Shown: positions 15,370-24,400 of the stretch, one piece after another | Position numbering within the stretch: the first letter of the stretch is position 1 | Layout: the number at the start of each line of letters is the position of its first letter | IMG/VR virus record: IMGVR_UViG_3300021197_001787 | Span: 96,001-160,000 of that record | Direction: 5' to 3' (one strand) | From: a virus | DNA length: 64,000 nucleotides | Position numbers and translations under genes: made by a program | The notes under the pieces: model-generated | Told to the model about the DNA's origin: nothing | Database searches by the model: none | Seen by the model: the letters and a program-made list of their open reading frames with translations, nothing else

Positions 15370-15552
15370 CTACACACTTTCACTTAGTACCTCCAGAGTC
15401 CATACCGTATTCCAATCAATCGGTTCTTCTTCCCACTCATCAAACCAGCGTACTTGTACAGTCTTTTTATCTTCAGCCATGGCCAAGACAACACCGTGTC
15501 CTAGCCATGAGTCAGGATCATTCTTCACTCTTACCAGATCGCCCACTTTCAT
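15370..15552 (-). CDS. KOW/SH3-like mini-protein (MKVGDLVRVK...LEVLSESV)
   Basis: Family motif; closest by eye to the NusG-CTD pattern. Confidence 0.75.
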   Translation of the reverse strand: MKVGDLVRVKNDPDSWLGHGVVLAMAEDKKTVQVRWFDEWEEEPIDWNTVWTLEVLSESV

Positions 15553-15700
15553 TTATAATCTCAAAATCAAAACATTCTATGCATCTTTCGTCTATTGACT
15601 TACGGCGACACAGCTCAATGATTGCGCGCCTGTGATGCTTAATCATATTATAATGCGATTCGATGCACCTGTCAATCAGTTGTTTCTCGTATTCCTTCAT
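15518..15700 (-). CDS. Hypothetical protein
   Basis: Tail INESGRSGKSEE read through head of next KOW gene. Confidence 0.55.
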   Translation of the reverse strand: MKEYEKQLIDRCIESHYNMIKHHRRAIIELCRRKSIDERCIECFDFEIINESGRSGKSEE

Positions 15701-15926
15701 CTTTTACATCCCTCTGACATACAATCGTGGCTTCCATATCCTCGTGCAACTTGACCACGTAGAAAACTTTACCTTCGTAAATGTCACATGGGAAAGCAGC
15801 AATGGGCATCACAGCAGTCGCGGGACCGCCGTTAGATGCAGGTGTAGTATTTAGTTCCACCGTAGCAAAATGCGTGTCGTATGAATCAATCATTCCAACT
15901 AAAATAAATGTAGTTAGCATATTCAT
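15672..15926 (-). CDS. Hypothetical protein, hydrophobic N-terminus
   Basis: 84-aa ORF in coupled run. Confidence 0.6.
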   Translation of the reverse strand: MNMLTTFILVGMIDSYDTHFATVELNTTPASNGGPATAVMPIAAFPCDIYEGKVFYVVKLHEDMEATIVCQRDVKDEGIRETTD

Positions 15927-16294
15927 TTTGATTCTCCGGGTAAATCACTAAACATTTTTAGAATCAAAAACAACTCGGCAGAACATATGCCGGCAGCTTC
16001 GTACCGCGGTCCACTTTCTGAAACATCAAAATCTTCTTGTAACCACACCATCAACGTTTCAGCGGCATATGCCAACTTTTCATCAGGAACCGTCTGGGTA
16101 ATCAAGAATGTCATGTTAGCATAACGATTGTGGATCCTGCCAAACTCTTTTCTAAAGTTGTCTTGACTATCACGACAAGAATCTACGATATTTAGCAGAC
16201 GTTCGGTACCCCAAAGCCCTAAACATTCTCTCAACTCTGCGCTGTTGCGTACAGAACGCGGCAACGCTGCTTTATTTAGATAGTATTCGTTCAT
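15923..16294 (-). CDS. Hypothetical protein
   Basis: GAGGA SD; 123 aa. Confidence 0.65.
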   Translation of the reverse strand: MNEYYLNKAALPRSVRNSAELRECLGLWGTERLLNIVDSCRDSQDNFRKEFGRIHNRYANMTFLITQTVPDEKLAYAAETLMVWLQEDFDVSESGPRYEAAGICSAELFLILKMFSDLPGESK

Positions 16295-16549
16295 TTCAAT
16301 CCTCTAACAACGCTTTTTCAATCTTTATTTTTAGATCGTTCGCTGTTAAAATGGACGCATCGCTGATATTATCCAAGACATCTTGAACTTTTTTGAGCTT
16401 CCTTTCCACTTTGAGCAACGGACTAACGACAACAATGCCGCGGCTATTATCCCGCGGGTAATCATGATAAGACATTTGATTCCTTTTTATTAAAAATATA
16501 GTACCATATTTGTTTGAACATTTTAATTTTTTCTTTTCTTTTCTTTGAA

Positions 16550-16625
16550 TGGCTGCCCCTCACGGACTTGAACCGTGGACCCAGCGATTAACAGTCGCTT
16601 GCTCTGCCAACTGAGCTAAGGGGCA
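16550..16625 (-). tRNA. trnN: tRNA-Asn(GUU)
   Basis: TGCCCCT/AGGGGCA stem, AGCGA-CTGTTAA-TCGCT anticodon arm, encoded CCA. Confidence 0.95.
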
Positions 16626-16629
16626 ATGA

Positions 16630-16705
16630 TGGTACGGGAGGCAGGACTTGAACCTGCGACAAATCGCATATAAGACGACTGCTCTTACCACTGAGCTACA
16701 CCCGT
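16630..16705 (-). tRNA. trnI: tRNA-Ile(UAU)
   Basis: Cloverleaf with GTCGT-CTTATAT-GCGAT anticodon arm, GGTTCAAGTCC T-arm, CCA; one U-U mismatch in acceptor stem. Confidence 0.85.
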
Positions 16706-16706
16706 A

Positions 16707-16783
16707 TGGTACACCCTGTTGGACTTGAACCAACGGCCCTCGGCTTAGAAGGCCGATGCTCTATCCAACTGAGCTAAGGATGC
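16707..16783 (-). tRNA. trnR: tRNA-Arg(UCU)
   Basis: GCATCCT/AGGGTGT stem, TCGGC-CTTCTAA-GCCGA anticodon arm, CCA. Confidence 0.95.
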
Positions 16784-16791
16784 ATACTACT

Positions 16792-16820
16792 ATTATAATC
16801 TCTTTCGATTACTTTGTCAA
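16792..16820 (-). promoter_or_regulatory. sigma70-type promoter for tRNA Arg-Ile-Asn cluster
   Basis: TTGACA-N17-TATAAT ending 9 nt before tRNA-Arg. Confidence 0.85.
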
Positions 16821-17198
16821 TGGCTTTTCTGCTAAAATAGAATACTTTAACGTAGGTGAAACATTGGAGTACTCAAACTTGTCGAAATCATATTCTTTAC
16901 GATCCTTGAAGGTGTGACCAATAACAAACACTTTGCCAACCAGATCACTCTCGGGATCGGTCACAGTCCAAAAAGTATGTTTCATACCTCGCTCACGGTG
17001 AGTGCAAGAAACCCCAGTCCCTTTGGGAATCACACCAGCATGCCAAAACTGTGACACATTACCATCCCCATCACGCCAATAGTGGGGAATGCTGGTTGCG
17101 GCTGTGATAGTCTCAAACATTTCAAGGTTGATAAACGGAACTTCCGCATCGTTGCGAAAGAAACCGACAGTGTGTCTTTTAACTTTTTCTTGTTTCAT
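16809..17198 (-). CDS. Hypothetical protein
   Basis: Probable start MKQEKV; C-terminus overlaps tRNA promoter. Confidence 0.6.
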   Translation of the reverse strand: MKQEKVKRHTVGFFRNDAEVPFINLEMFETITAATSIPHYWRDGDGNVSQFWHAGVIPKGTGVSCTHRERGMKHTFWTVTDPESDLVGKVFVIGHTFKDRKEYDFDKFEYSNVSPTLKYSILAEKPLTK

Positions 17199-17373
17199 CA
17201 ATGTCGCTCTTGAAGTAGATGATGTTGCTACCCGGATACATTGCCAGTGGCTCGGCTCCCGGCTTTGCGTAGTTCTCCACGAAGTCAGCCCAAGCATGGT
17301 TTTTGTCATGCTTAGAGGCGAAGGTGAAGGTTGAAAGTCGTTCGTTTATTTTATAGATGATGGTGTAAACCAT
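17179..17373 (-). CDS. Hypothetical protein
   Basis: AGGAGA SD directly after tRNA-CAU. Confidence 0.65.
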   Translation of the reverse strand: MVYTIIYKINERLSTFTFASKHDKNHAWADFVENYAKPGAEPLAMYPGSNIIYFKSDIDETRKS

Positions 17374-17389
17374 TGTTTTCTCCTGTGAA

Positions 17390-17466
17390 TGGTAGGCTCT
17401 CTCGGGCTTGAACCGAGGACCACCCCGTTATGAGCGGGACGCTCTGACCAACTGAGCTAAGAGCCT
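17390..17466 (-). tRNA. tRNA-CAU (Ile2/lysidine-type or elongator Met)
   Basis: AGGCTCT/AGAGCCT stem, TCCCG-CTCATAA-CGGGG arm, CCA; no initiator hallmarks; GCTCATAAC context resembles Ile2. Confidence 0.9.
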
Positions 17467-17474
17467 ATGTGAAA

Positions 17475-17551
17475 TGGTGGGTGATCTGGGACTCGAACCC
17501 AGGGCCTGCGGATTAAAAGTCCGATGCTCTAACCAACTGAGCTAATCACCC
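17475..17551 (-). tRNA. trnK: tRNA-Lys(UUU)
   Basis: GGGTGAT/ATCACCC stem, CTTTTAA loop, GTTCGAGTCC, CCA. Confidence 0.95.
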
Positions 17552-17811
17552 TCTTGCTTTATTTTCCTACCATATGTATCGTAACCCTTGAGTTCCATCT
17601 CAAGCTTTTTTAGTTCTGCTAGACGTAAGCTATTCTTCCAAACCAGCATTGCGTATTGATAGCAGTCATGGTTTTGACTATGATTATGTTCCAATCCGCG
17701 ATCCCTAATGCGGTTCTGGGTTTCTTTAGTTACCTTTGCTAGAGAAACAAGATTAACTTCAATCTCCTTCAGTGCCGCTAACTGTGCATGCCAGATTTTA
17801 TCCTTATCCAT
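17542..17811 (-). CDS. Hypothetical coiled-coil protein
   Basis: 89 aa; last 10 nt overlap the 5' end of tRNA-Lys. Confidence 0.6.
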   Translation of the reverse strand: MDKDKIWHAQLAALKEIEVNLVSLAKVTKETQNRIRDRGLEHNHSQNHDCYQYAMLVWKNSLRLAELKKLEMELKGYDTYGRKIKQEGD

Positions 17812-17817
17812 GGTTGT

Positions 17818-17846
17818 ATCATAACTGAATTTGGAACGACTGTCAA
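17818..17846 (-). promoter_or_regulatory. sigma70-type promoter
   Basis: TTGACA-N17-TATGAT upstream of 17542..17811 and tRNA-Lys/CAU. Confidence 0.75.
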
Positions 17847-17848
17847 GT

Positions 17849-18112
17849 TTATTCTCTAAGTTTAGTTTTTAAGATTTTTGATCCCGACGTACCACTGCGG
17901 AATTTAACAATGACATCAACAGACCCCTTGAGAGTGTTTCGTAGGTCTTTTAATGACGGGGCGCGCCAACCGTCCGCTGTTAGCATATAAACATCCCTGT
18001 GGCCATTGTTGGATAGTTTAAGGGCATCGCGATAAACCGCCTTTAAGGATGAATATACTCCCTCAAAATTATCATTGTTGTCAAATAAGCAATATGTGTA
18101 GATATTAGTCAT
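17849..18112 (-). CDS. Hypothetical protein
   Basis: 87-aa ORF. Confidence 0.65.
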   Translation of the reverse strand: MTNIYTYCLFDNNDNFEGVYSSLKAVYRDALKLSNNGHRDVYMLTADGWRAPSLKDLRNTLKGSVDVIVKFRSGTSGSKILKTKLRE

Positions 18113-18262
18113 TTTTTTCTGTGCTTAAATCTTTCAGTACAGAGGTTAGGAACTCTTCTTGTATCTTGCAGTCTAAAAGTTCTTTTCTAATTTTTGCTTC
18201 TCTGTCTTTGAGTATTTCCAACTGTATGAAGCAGAACTGTTTTACTTTCTCAATTTTTTGAT

Positions 18263-18502
18263 TCACTTTTTACCGCCGCCACAACCTTTGCACTTTGACT
18301 TAACTTGTTTCTTAAATTCTTTTTTAGTAATAATAATTTTTTTGAAATTGGAGAGTATGTCTTCAAGGAACCTACCATTTTCAAAGGCGCGGACGTTATC
18401 ATCTACTACAGCAGCACACACAACTATTGAATTGCGCGGAGAATATAAAAGCATCTCGCCCGGTCTTATGTTGCTTTTTTCTGATATTTCTTCAAATTCC
18501 AT
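18263..18502 (-). CDS. Hypothetical protein, C-terminal CxxC
   Basis: 79-aa ORF ending KCKGCGGGKK. Confidence 0.6.
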   Translation of the reverse strand: MEFEEISEKSNIRPGEMLLYSPRNSIVVCAAVVDDNVRAFENGRFLEDILSNFKKIIITKKEFKKQVKSKCKGCGGGKK

Positions 18503-19401
18503 CAGTCATCCAACGTATTCATTTGGTCATATGAATTATACTTCAATTTAGTCAGTTTGTTAAGCACCTTGGCGCGCCGAAGCATCTTAAAAGCAATGTT
18601 TTCTGGTGAGAACTCCATCAGCTCACTTTCAAGGCCGGCCGATCTCATGTTGCGTATTTTTGTTTTAAGTCGCTCCACGTTTCGCATGACTTTCTCATAC
18701 TCTGACTCATCATATAGTTTCTCAATGGCTGTCGCCTGATCATTAACATCATTTGCTTTTTTGCGCGCTGTCTCAACATCAATGTTTTGTTCAACATACT
18801 CGGGGTGTCTAATCCACTCATCTCTCATTAACGAGTAAACGCCGGTAGAGCGATGGTCTTCGCCGCTATTTTCAACATAAATTTCAACGTCGTAGTCCTT
18901 GATGGTTATATCATGCACATCATTCCACCTCATTCTTTGGGCGTCAAAAAAACCTTTAACTAATTCTTCGTTCTCATCAATCATTTCAAAATTAACAATT
19001 ACGTGAAGGTCCACATCAGAAAACTTTGACCAGTTATAATTTGCCAAAGAGCCGGTAAGGGTAATATCGTCTACTTTAACTTTGATAGGAAGACCTTCTA
19101 TGAAGTCATTGGCTATTTTCAAAAGTTTCTTTTTTATCTCTGGTTCCATCTTTTCACCATTCCAGATTTGTGGATCCAGTTCTTCGTGAATCTTGAACGC
19201 ATCAACATCAACTTCAAGCTCTTCCTCAAGTTGTTTGTCAAAAGTTACATGAGTACCCATCTTTTTGGTGTACGGCGGTGAATTTTTGTTGCCGCCCTTA
19301 CCAAGCATCTTGTTTCTGTCAGCCAGATAGGTTCTAATCCGATTTTTAAAGCTGTTGGCTTCATCAATAGAGGCCAAGTAATCATTCCATTCTTTCATCA
19401 T
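18502..19401 (-). CDS. Pol-beta superfamily nucleotidyltransferase
   Basis: LTGSLANYNWSKFSDVDLH (GS...DxD) plus third carboxylate region DVEIYVE. Confidence 0.8.
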   Translation of the reverse strand: MMKEWNDYLASIDEANSFKNRIRTYLADRNKMLGKGGNKNSPPYTKKMGTHVTFDKQLEEELEVDVDAFKIHEELDPQIWNGEKMEPEIKKKLLKIANDFIEGLPIKVKVDDITLTGSLANYNWSKFSDVDLHVIVNFEMIDENEELVKGFFDAQRMRWNDVHDITIKDYDVEIYVENSGEDHRSTGVYSLMRDEWIRHPEYVEQNIDVETARKKANDVNDQATAIEKLYDESEYEKVMRNVERLKTKIRNMRSAGLESELMEFSPENIAFKMLRRAKVLNKLTKLKYNSYDQMNTLDD

Positions 19402-19432
19402 ACTATAAATAGTTCTTAATCACCCATATGCA

Positions 19433-20260
19433 TCACGGAGGGTTAATATACTCTGCTATTTTCCACCAACCAGAGTTATCTGATTGTAGTGTAAGGGAGC
19501 CGCCGGCGGCAACACCCACTAAACTTGTTGAGCCTTCAATTTGCTCTGATCCGTGAGCATCAATATTGACTGAGTTGACGGACGAATCAACTCGCTTGAC
19601 TACATAGAGGCGACCAGCACAACCAACTGCTGTCGGGAGCGTAATCGTCACATTACCACCAGAACAATTCACTAAAACAGTGTGATCACTATCTGTCAGT
19701 GTATAATCCTGCTGTTTGAATACGATTGCTGTGGCGAATGATGAGTTTACATGAAGGCCGCTGCCGGGAGTGGAGTTATTAACCCCGATCTTGTCAGCAC
19801 TTCCATCGACAAATAACATATGAGTCTTGTTGTCAGATTCCACTCGGAAGTCCACAAGCGAGTCAGAAGTTTGATTCACGACAACCTCGGGAACAGCCCC
19901 GTCTAAACGGAATCCTTCTTTTACAGTCCCCTGATCGTTAACTTTGAAAACAATGTGCTTGTTTATTGTCTTGTTTTCAATCACGATATTGTCAGAATTG
20001 TTGATCCCGATTGTAGCCATGTCAGTACCATTCTCTTCAAAAAGAATAGTGGCCTCAGTAGCATTTAATGTTAAGATTTCAGCGGGAGATATTGTACCAA
20101 CACCAATGGCGGTCGCCGTAGCGTGTAATATCTGTGAGCCGCTGGGACGCAGGGTTATGGTGTCTTGCCCAAAGTCAATATATGTGGGTTCACCCTCACG
20201 ATCATCTTCATAATAAATATCGCCCTTGCGAATGCTACCTGATGAATACTTATAAGACAT
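19433..20260 (-). CDS. Putative virion fibre/structural beta-rich protein
   Basis: IGVGTISP and IGVNNSTP repeats; C-terminal TVLVNCSGGNVTITLP...YVVKRVD module typical of fibre proteins. Confidence 0.6.
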   Translation of the reverse strand: MSYKYSSGSIRKGDIYYEDDREGEPTYIDFGQDTITLRPSGSQILHATATAIGVGTISPAEILTLNATEATILFEENGTDMATIGINNSDNIVIENKTINKHIVFKVNDQGTVKEGFRLDGAVPEVVVNQTSDSLVDFRVESDNKTHMLFVDGSADKIGVNNSTPGSGLHVNSSFATAIVFKQQDYTLTDSDHTVLVNCSGGNVTITLPTAVGCAGRLYVVKRVDSSVNSVNIDAHGSEQIEGSTSLVGVAAGGSLTLQSDNSGWWKIAEYINPP

Positions 20261-20262
20261 GT

Positions 20263-20607
20263 CTATCCTCCATCATAAATAGTCTGCTCGCCATCTTCAA
20301 ACGTAAGAATTGTTTTATTAGAAGGGTGAGGTTTTATATGTACTTTCTCAAAATCCTGAAGGGAATCGAAGATTGCTAGCCCGCCGCGCGGGGGAGGATA
20401 AAGCCAGTGAATGATACAATGGCCTGACGCCAGCAAGACACCTTCAATGACAACACCCTCGCCAGAAACACCGGTTTCATCTTTTTGGCGGCATACAGTA
20501 AATGTTCTAATGCCGCGGGGCGCCAATCTTGGTGGTGGTTTCGGCTTTAAATCTGGTGGCGGTGATGATTCTTCATCAAGGCTTTCTGTTTTTTCTTTCT
20601 TCGTCAC
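20263..20607 (-). CDS. Hypothetical phage protein
   Basis: 114-aa ORF with DETGVSGEGVVIEG motif. Confidence 0.65.
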   Translation of the reverse strand: MTKKEKTESLDEESSPPPDLKPKPPPRLAPRGIRTFTVCRQKDETGVSGEGVVIEGVLLASGHCIIHWLYPPPRGGLAIFDSLQDFEKVHIKPHPSNKTILTFEDGEQTIYDGG

Positions 20608-20670
20608 TCTTTATTTCTCCTAAAGTATTAACATCATTGATTTTATCATATAAAAGTTATATTAAAAATC

Positions 20671-21441
20671 TTATTTATGTAACGCGGTAGACCAGTCAAC
20701 ATTGTAAACTGGTATTACAATAAGTAGGTTTTCTAGAACGTCAACGCCATATTGTGTTGTACCCACGTCTAAAGCCATAATAATACCAATGAGTTTACCC
20801 TTGCTATTAAAGACACCAGAGCCAGATGATCCAGTCCATGCATAAGAATTTAAAAATATATAACCGTTATCGGTAAAGCCAGAGATCGTACCCGCAAATG
20901 AAAGAGGGCCAATGTTATTAGGATAACCGGTATAAAACATTTTGTCAAGTAATTTTGGAAATTTATTACGCCGGAACTCAACTGAATTTAATACCGATAA
21001 TGGCTTTCTGTCTTCTAAGCGCTCAACTTCAATAATAGCATAATCAATTTGCCGATCAATTAAGATATATTCTAAACAATTAGATGTATTATTAAAGTAA
21101 GTTACGATTAAATCTTCGCATGAGCCAACAATGGCGTGCGAAACTGTTAAAACGTAATAGCGCCCAAGATAAACAAAATATGTACCCGTAGCAAGGGAGA
21201 TTCCTTCCCCTGTCTCATCAACAGACATGACCCGAACAGCCGAATCAACTGAGCTTTTTAATGACTTTTTCTCACTAATTGAATACAGTTTTGATATATT
21301 ATTTGATTCTGATAAACTTTTTTTAATCTGACGATTATTAATATTTATTTTCTGCATATTCGCAGAGAATGACGCGATGAAACCAAGAGCAAATAATGCT
21401 AATGACGCGATCATAACTCTTATTATTCTTGGTTTTAGCAT
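20671..21441 (-). CDS. Trypsin-like (S1) serine protease with N-terminal membrane anchor/signal
   Basis: LTVSHAI (His), IDYAII (Asp), TGSSGSGVFN (Ser). Confidence 0.85.
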   Translation of the reverse strand: MLKPRIIRVMIASLALFALGFIASFSANMQKININNRQIKKSLSESNNISKLYSISEKKSLKSSVDSAVRVMSVDETGEGISLATGTYFVYLGRYYVLTVSHAIVGSCEDLIVTYFNNTSNCLEYILIDRQIDYAIIEVERLEDRKPLSVLNSVEFRRNKFPKLLDKMFYTGYPNNIGPLSFAGTISGFTDNGYIFLNSYAWTGSSGSGVFNSKGKLIGIIMALDVGTTQYGVDVLENLLIVIPVYNVDWSTALHK

Positions 21442-21466
21442 GAACTGCCCCTATAGTATATATTTG

Positions 21467-24400
21467 CTAAACTTGTTTTTGGTAACTAAAGAATACCGGT
21501 AGTTCCTCTAATCCGGATTTCATAGCATACCAAACATCATCCTCGTTGCCAGTAATCTTAATTCTTCCGTTCTGTCCTACAGCAACGTATACAGGGGTTT
21601 GGGGGCCATTTTTAATAAAATTCTTGTATCCACCATCGAAAGCATCACCGGGCGCCCGGAATACTCTTGAGCAATACGGTTTTAGCTCACTTACTGGCAC
21701 CATAACATGGTAACCCATATTTTGTGTATTCATGGGCATATCATATGCCATTACTCCTCCGTCCATCCAATCTTGTGCTACTTTCTGTACCGACATGCGA
21801 GGGGTAGGTTGGGGTCTTCCGTTTCTAGCATTGAGAGCGTTGTTCAAGCCAGCATTAGCTTCCCTGATTTTTTTCACTTCTTCTGGGAAGCTGTAACCAG
21901 CAGGGCCTATATTTAAACCAGCGATTCCCCTTATATATGGCAAAAATAACTGTTCTATGTAAATCTTACGAGCTTCTTGTGCCTTGAGAACAAACTTAAG
22001 ACTAAGAAGGGCCATGGTTTTACCAGCCACCTTGCGGGTGCTAATTGTTTGAACAGTTGTCACGCCCTTGCACCCACGAATTACATCTTTGTAATCCTCA
22101 ATTGATGATTTTTGAGTTGTCTCTAACGATAGTTCAATATGCATCTTATAACGTCTAACCTCAATTAATTCATTTAATAAATTATCAATCCTGTCAATCT
22201 GCTGCTCTACACTTTCGTTCTGAACGCCACCATAGCTCTGTACAACAGAGGCCGGCGCCCTCATTCGTCTCAACTGCTCCTGAACATATGCGTCCCAACT
22301 ATATGGCTTGCCGGCATCATCTCCCTCGGGTTCAATGTCTCCATTGCGAGCCATATTAAATCGCTGGTTTCTTATCGGCGAGATATATTGATACCAAGCT
22401 ACATGCTTCTCTGCTTCGCTCATCTGCTCAAAGTTTTGATTGATCCATGTAGCGATCATTATGGCGCGCCGAGCCAAGTCATTGCCCTCCGCACGGCCGG
22501 TGTACATACTATCAATGTTTCTGATGGCTGCAAGCACCGCCTTTCCTGACATCACATCGGCCTTGGTTGCTTCTGCCAGAGAGACAGAGCCTTCAAGTGC
22601 TGTGTTAATAGTCTCTTTGGCGGCATCCATAACCAACTGAGGGTTCGCGTTAAAGTATCTTACGATGTCTTTGACTGTCTGGACCTCTTCTGGTGATGCG
22701 CTGCTGTCTACACCGATGGTATAGCGCCAGCCAATAGGCATCACGGGATATGCACCAGAACCTTGACCTCTGTTATTGTAGCTTGCGGCGCCTACGACAA
22801 CAAAGCGCGAGTCTTTTGCTAAGACAATCGGTACATGTTTGGCTGCATACTTGTCACCGAAGGGCAATTGCTTTTGTCCTGCGGCATTAGCTTGCTTGGT
22901 TTTCTTATACATCCTCTCCAGTGATCTCGCCATATTGCGGTCTAGGTCGGGGCTTCCGTAGCGGGCCACAGAGCGCGCGAATCCGGGGGCCGCGGCTCCG
23001 AAGGCGCGGGAATACAAGTGATCTATGTGGCCAGAGTCCGGGTTTTGCCCCCACATCTTCAATATCATCGGCATATCGCCGTATTCGACAAGCGTGTCGG
23101 CGCTGCTTTCAGGACGGAACCAAAACTCTAGCCCTGACTTGTCAGTGTAGATGTTCCAGTGATCTAATTCATACTCACTCATCTCACCGCGATCACGATC
23201 ATAAGCTGTCTTAACTGAGTAGCCTTCTTGTGCAAGTTTGGTTCTTATCTCTTCTTTGATCTCGCTGTACTTCTCTTCAAATCCCGTTTGTACTTCTGAG
23301 GCAAAGTTCTCTGCTATGCGTCGAGCATCATCTTCGTCTTCCACGGCATCGTATTCGTAACAGCGGAAGCTAACTATAAGGTGTGCGGTTGCTGGATAGT
23401 CTGGGTCTATGTCTTCATCGTCTGGCTGGGCGCCTGTGAGCATTTTAACTTCCCACTCAACCTCGGTTTCTCCGGGGAGATGGTAACCAATCTCATCTAG
23501 ATCTAGTTCGCTCGTAAAGTCTCTTGCTTCGCCTCCCCAAGTGTTCTCGGGTATCGTTTCGTATCTGTCGTCCTGCGTGGTGTCATCAGCTGCTATCGTG
23601 GGCGTGTACTCATTGTTTCTAAGCTCAAATCCTGGCCAACCCAAGTTAATCTCCAAGCTACCATCGCCGTTCATTTGTACGGAATAGTAATCGCCACCGT
23701 GGTCTTCTGGTCCCGACAGTTCTCCGTAGATGCTTGAGTTCTCGCCGTCGTAGTCGTTGACAACCTCGTCTATCGCCTCTTGGATTGCGTCTTCGTCAAC
23801 TGCGCCTGTGAAGTTCACATCGCGGTTGCGTGTTTGCAGATACTCTATCATCTCTCGGAAGCCTTCTTCATCGTTAGAGTGTTCGCCTGTTTCTTGAACG
23901 CTGCTGATGTCGAAATTTCTGATGAACCATTCAATGTGATCCCACATTTCGTAAGGAGGTGCGTCATTAGAGCGTCCTTTGATCTGGTAAAGCGTATCGC
24001 TATCCCAAGTCATCGTGACATAGGACGAGGATGCCTTGCGCTTGCCTTGGCGCTTGCGGAGGGACACTAATACGCCGCGAGAGTCAGAGCCGCAGTGTCC
24101 CATTCGCTCGCCCTCTACGGAGCAGTTAGACACCTGTAAGTTGTACCAGTACGAGCCGTCATCAAAAGTGTGGAGGATGTTGTCTGGATCTTCTTGGTTT
24201 TCCAAGTCTTGCATGGCGGTATTGTAGGCGTTGTCAATATCATCGCCCTTGATCAACTCATAGTTCGCTGGCTCGTCGTTGAGCCAAGAGAACAACTCGT
24301 TATACCTGCCCCAGTATACTCTCCACTGAGCCAACATGTTACGCTGTAACTCATCTTTTACAACCTCAACCTTCTCGGAAGGCAAGCCTGCTTTACTTAG

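Noticed and set aside
1419-15552. Diversity-generating retroelement as the source of KOW variation
   Set aside because: No reverse transcriptase, no template/variable repeat pair, and differences are not adenine-specific.
17542-17551. CDS/tRNA-Lys overlap as a special mechanism
   Set aside because: The overlap is only 10 nt and is explained by compact packing; there is no evidence of functional coupling.
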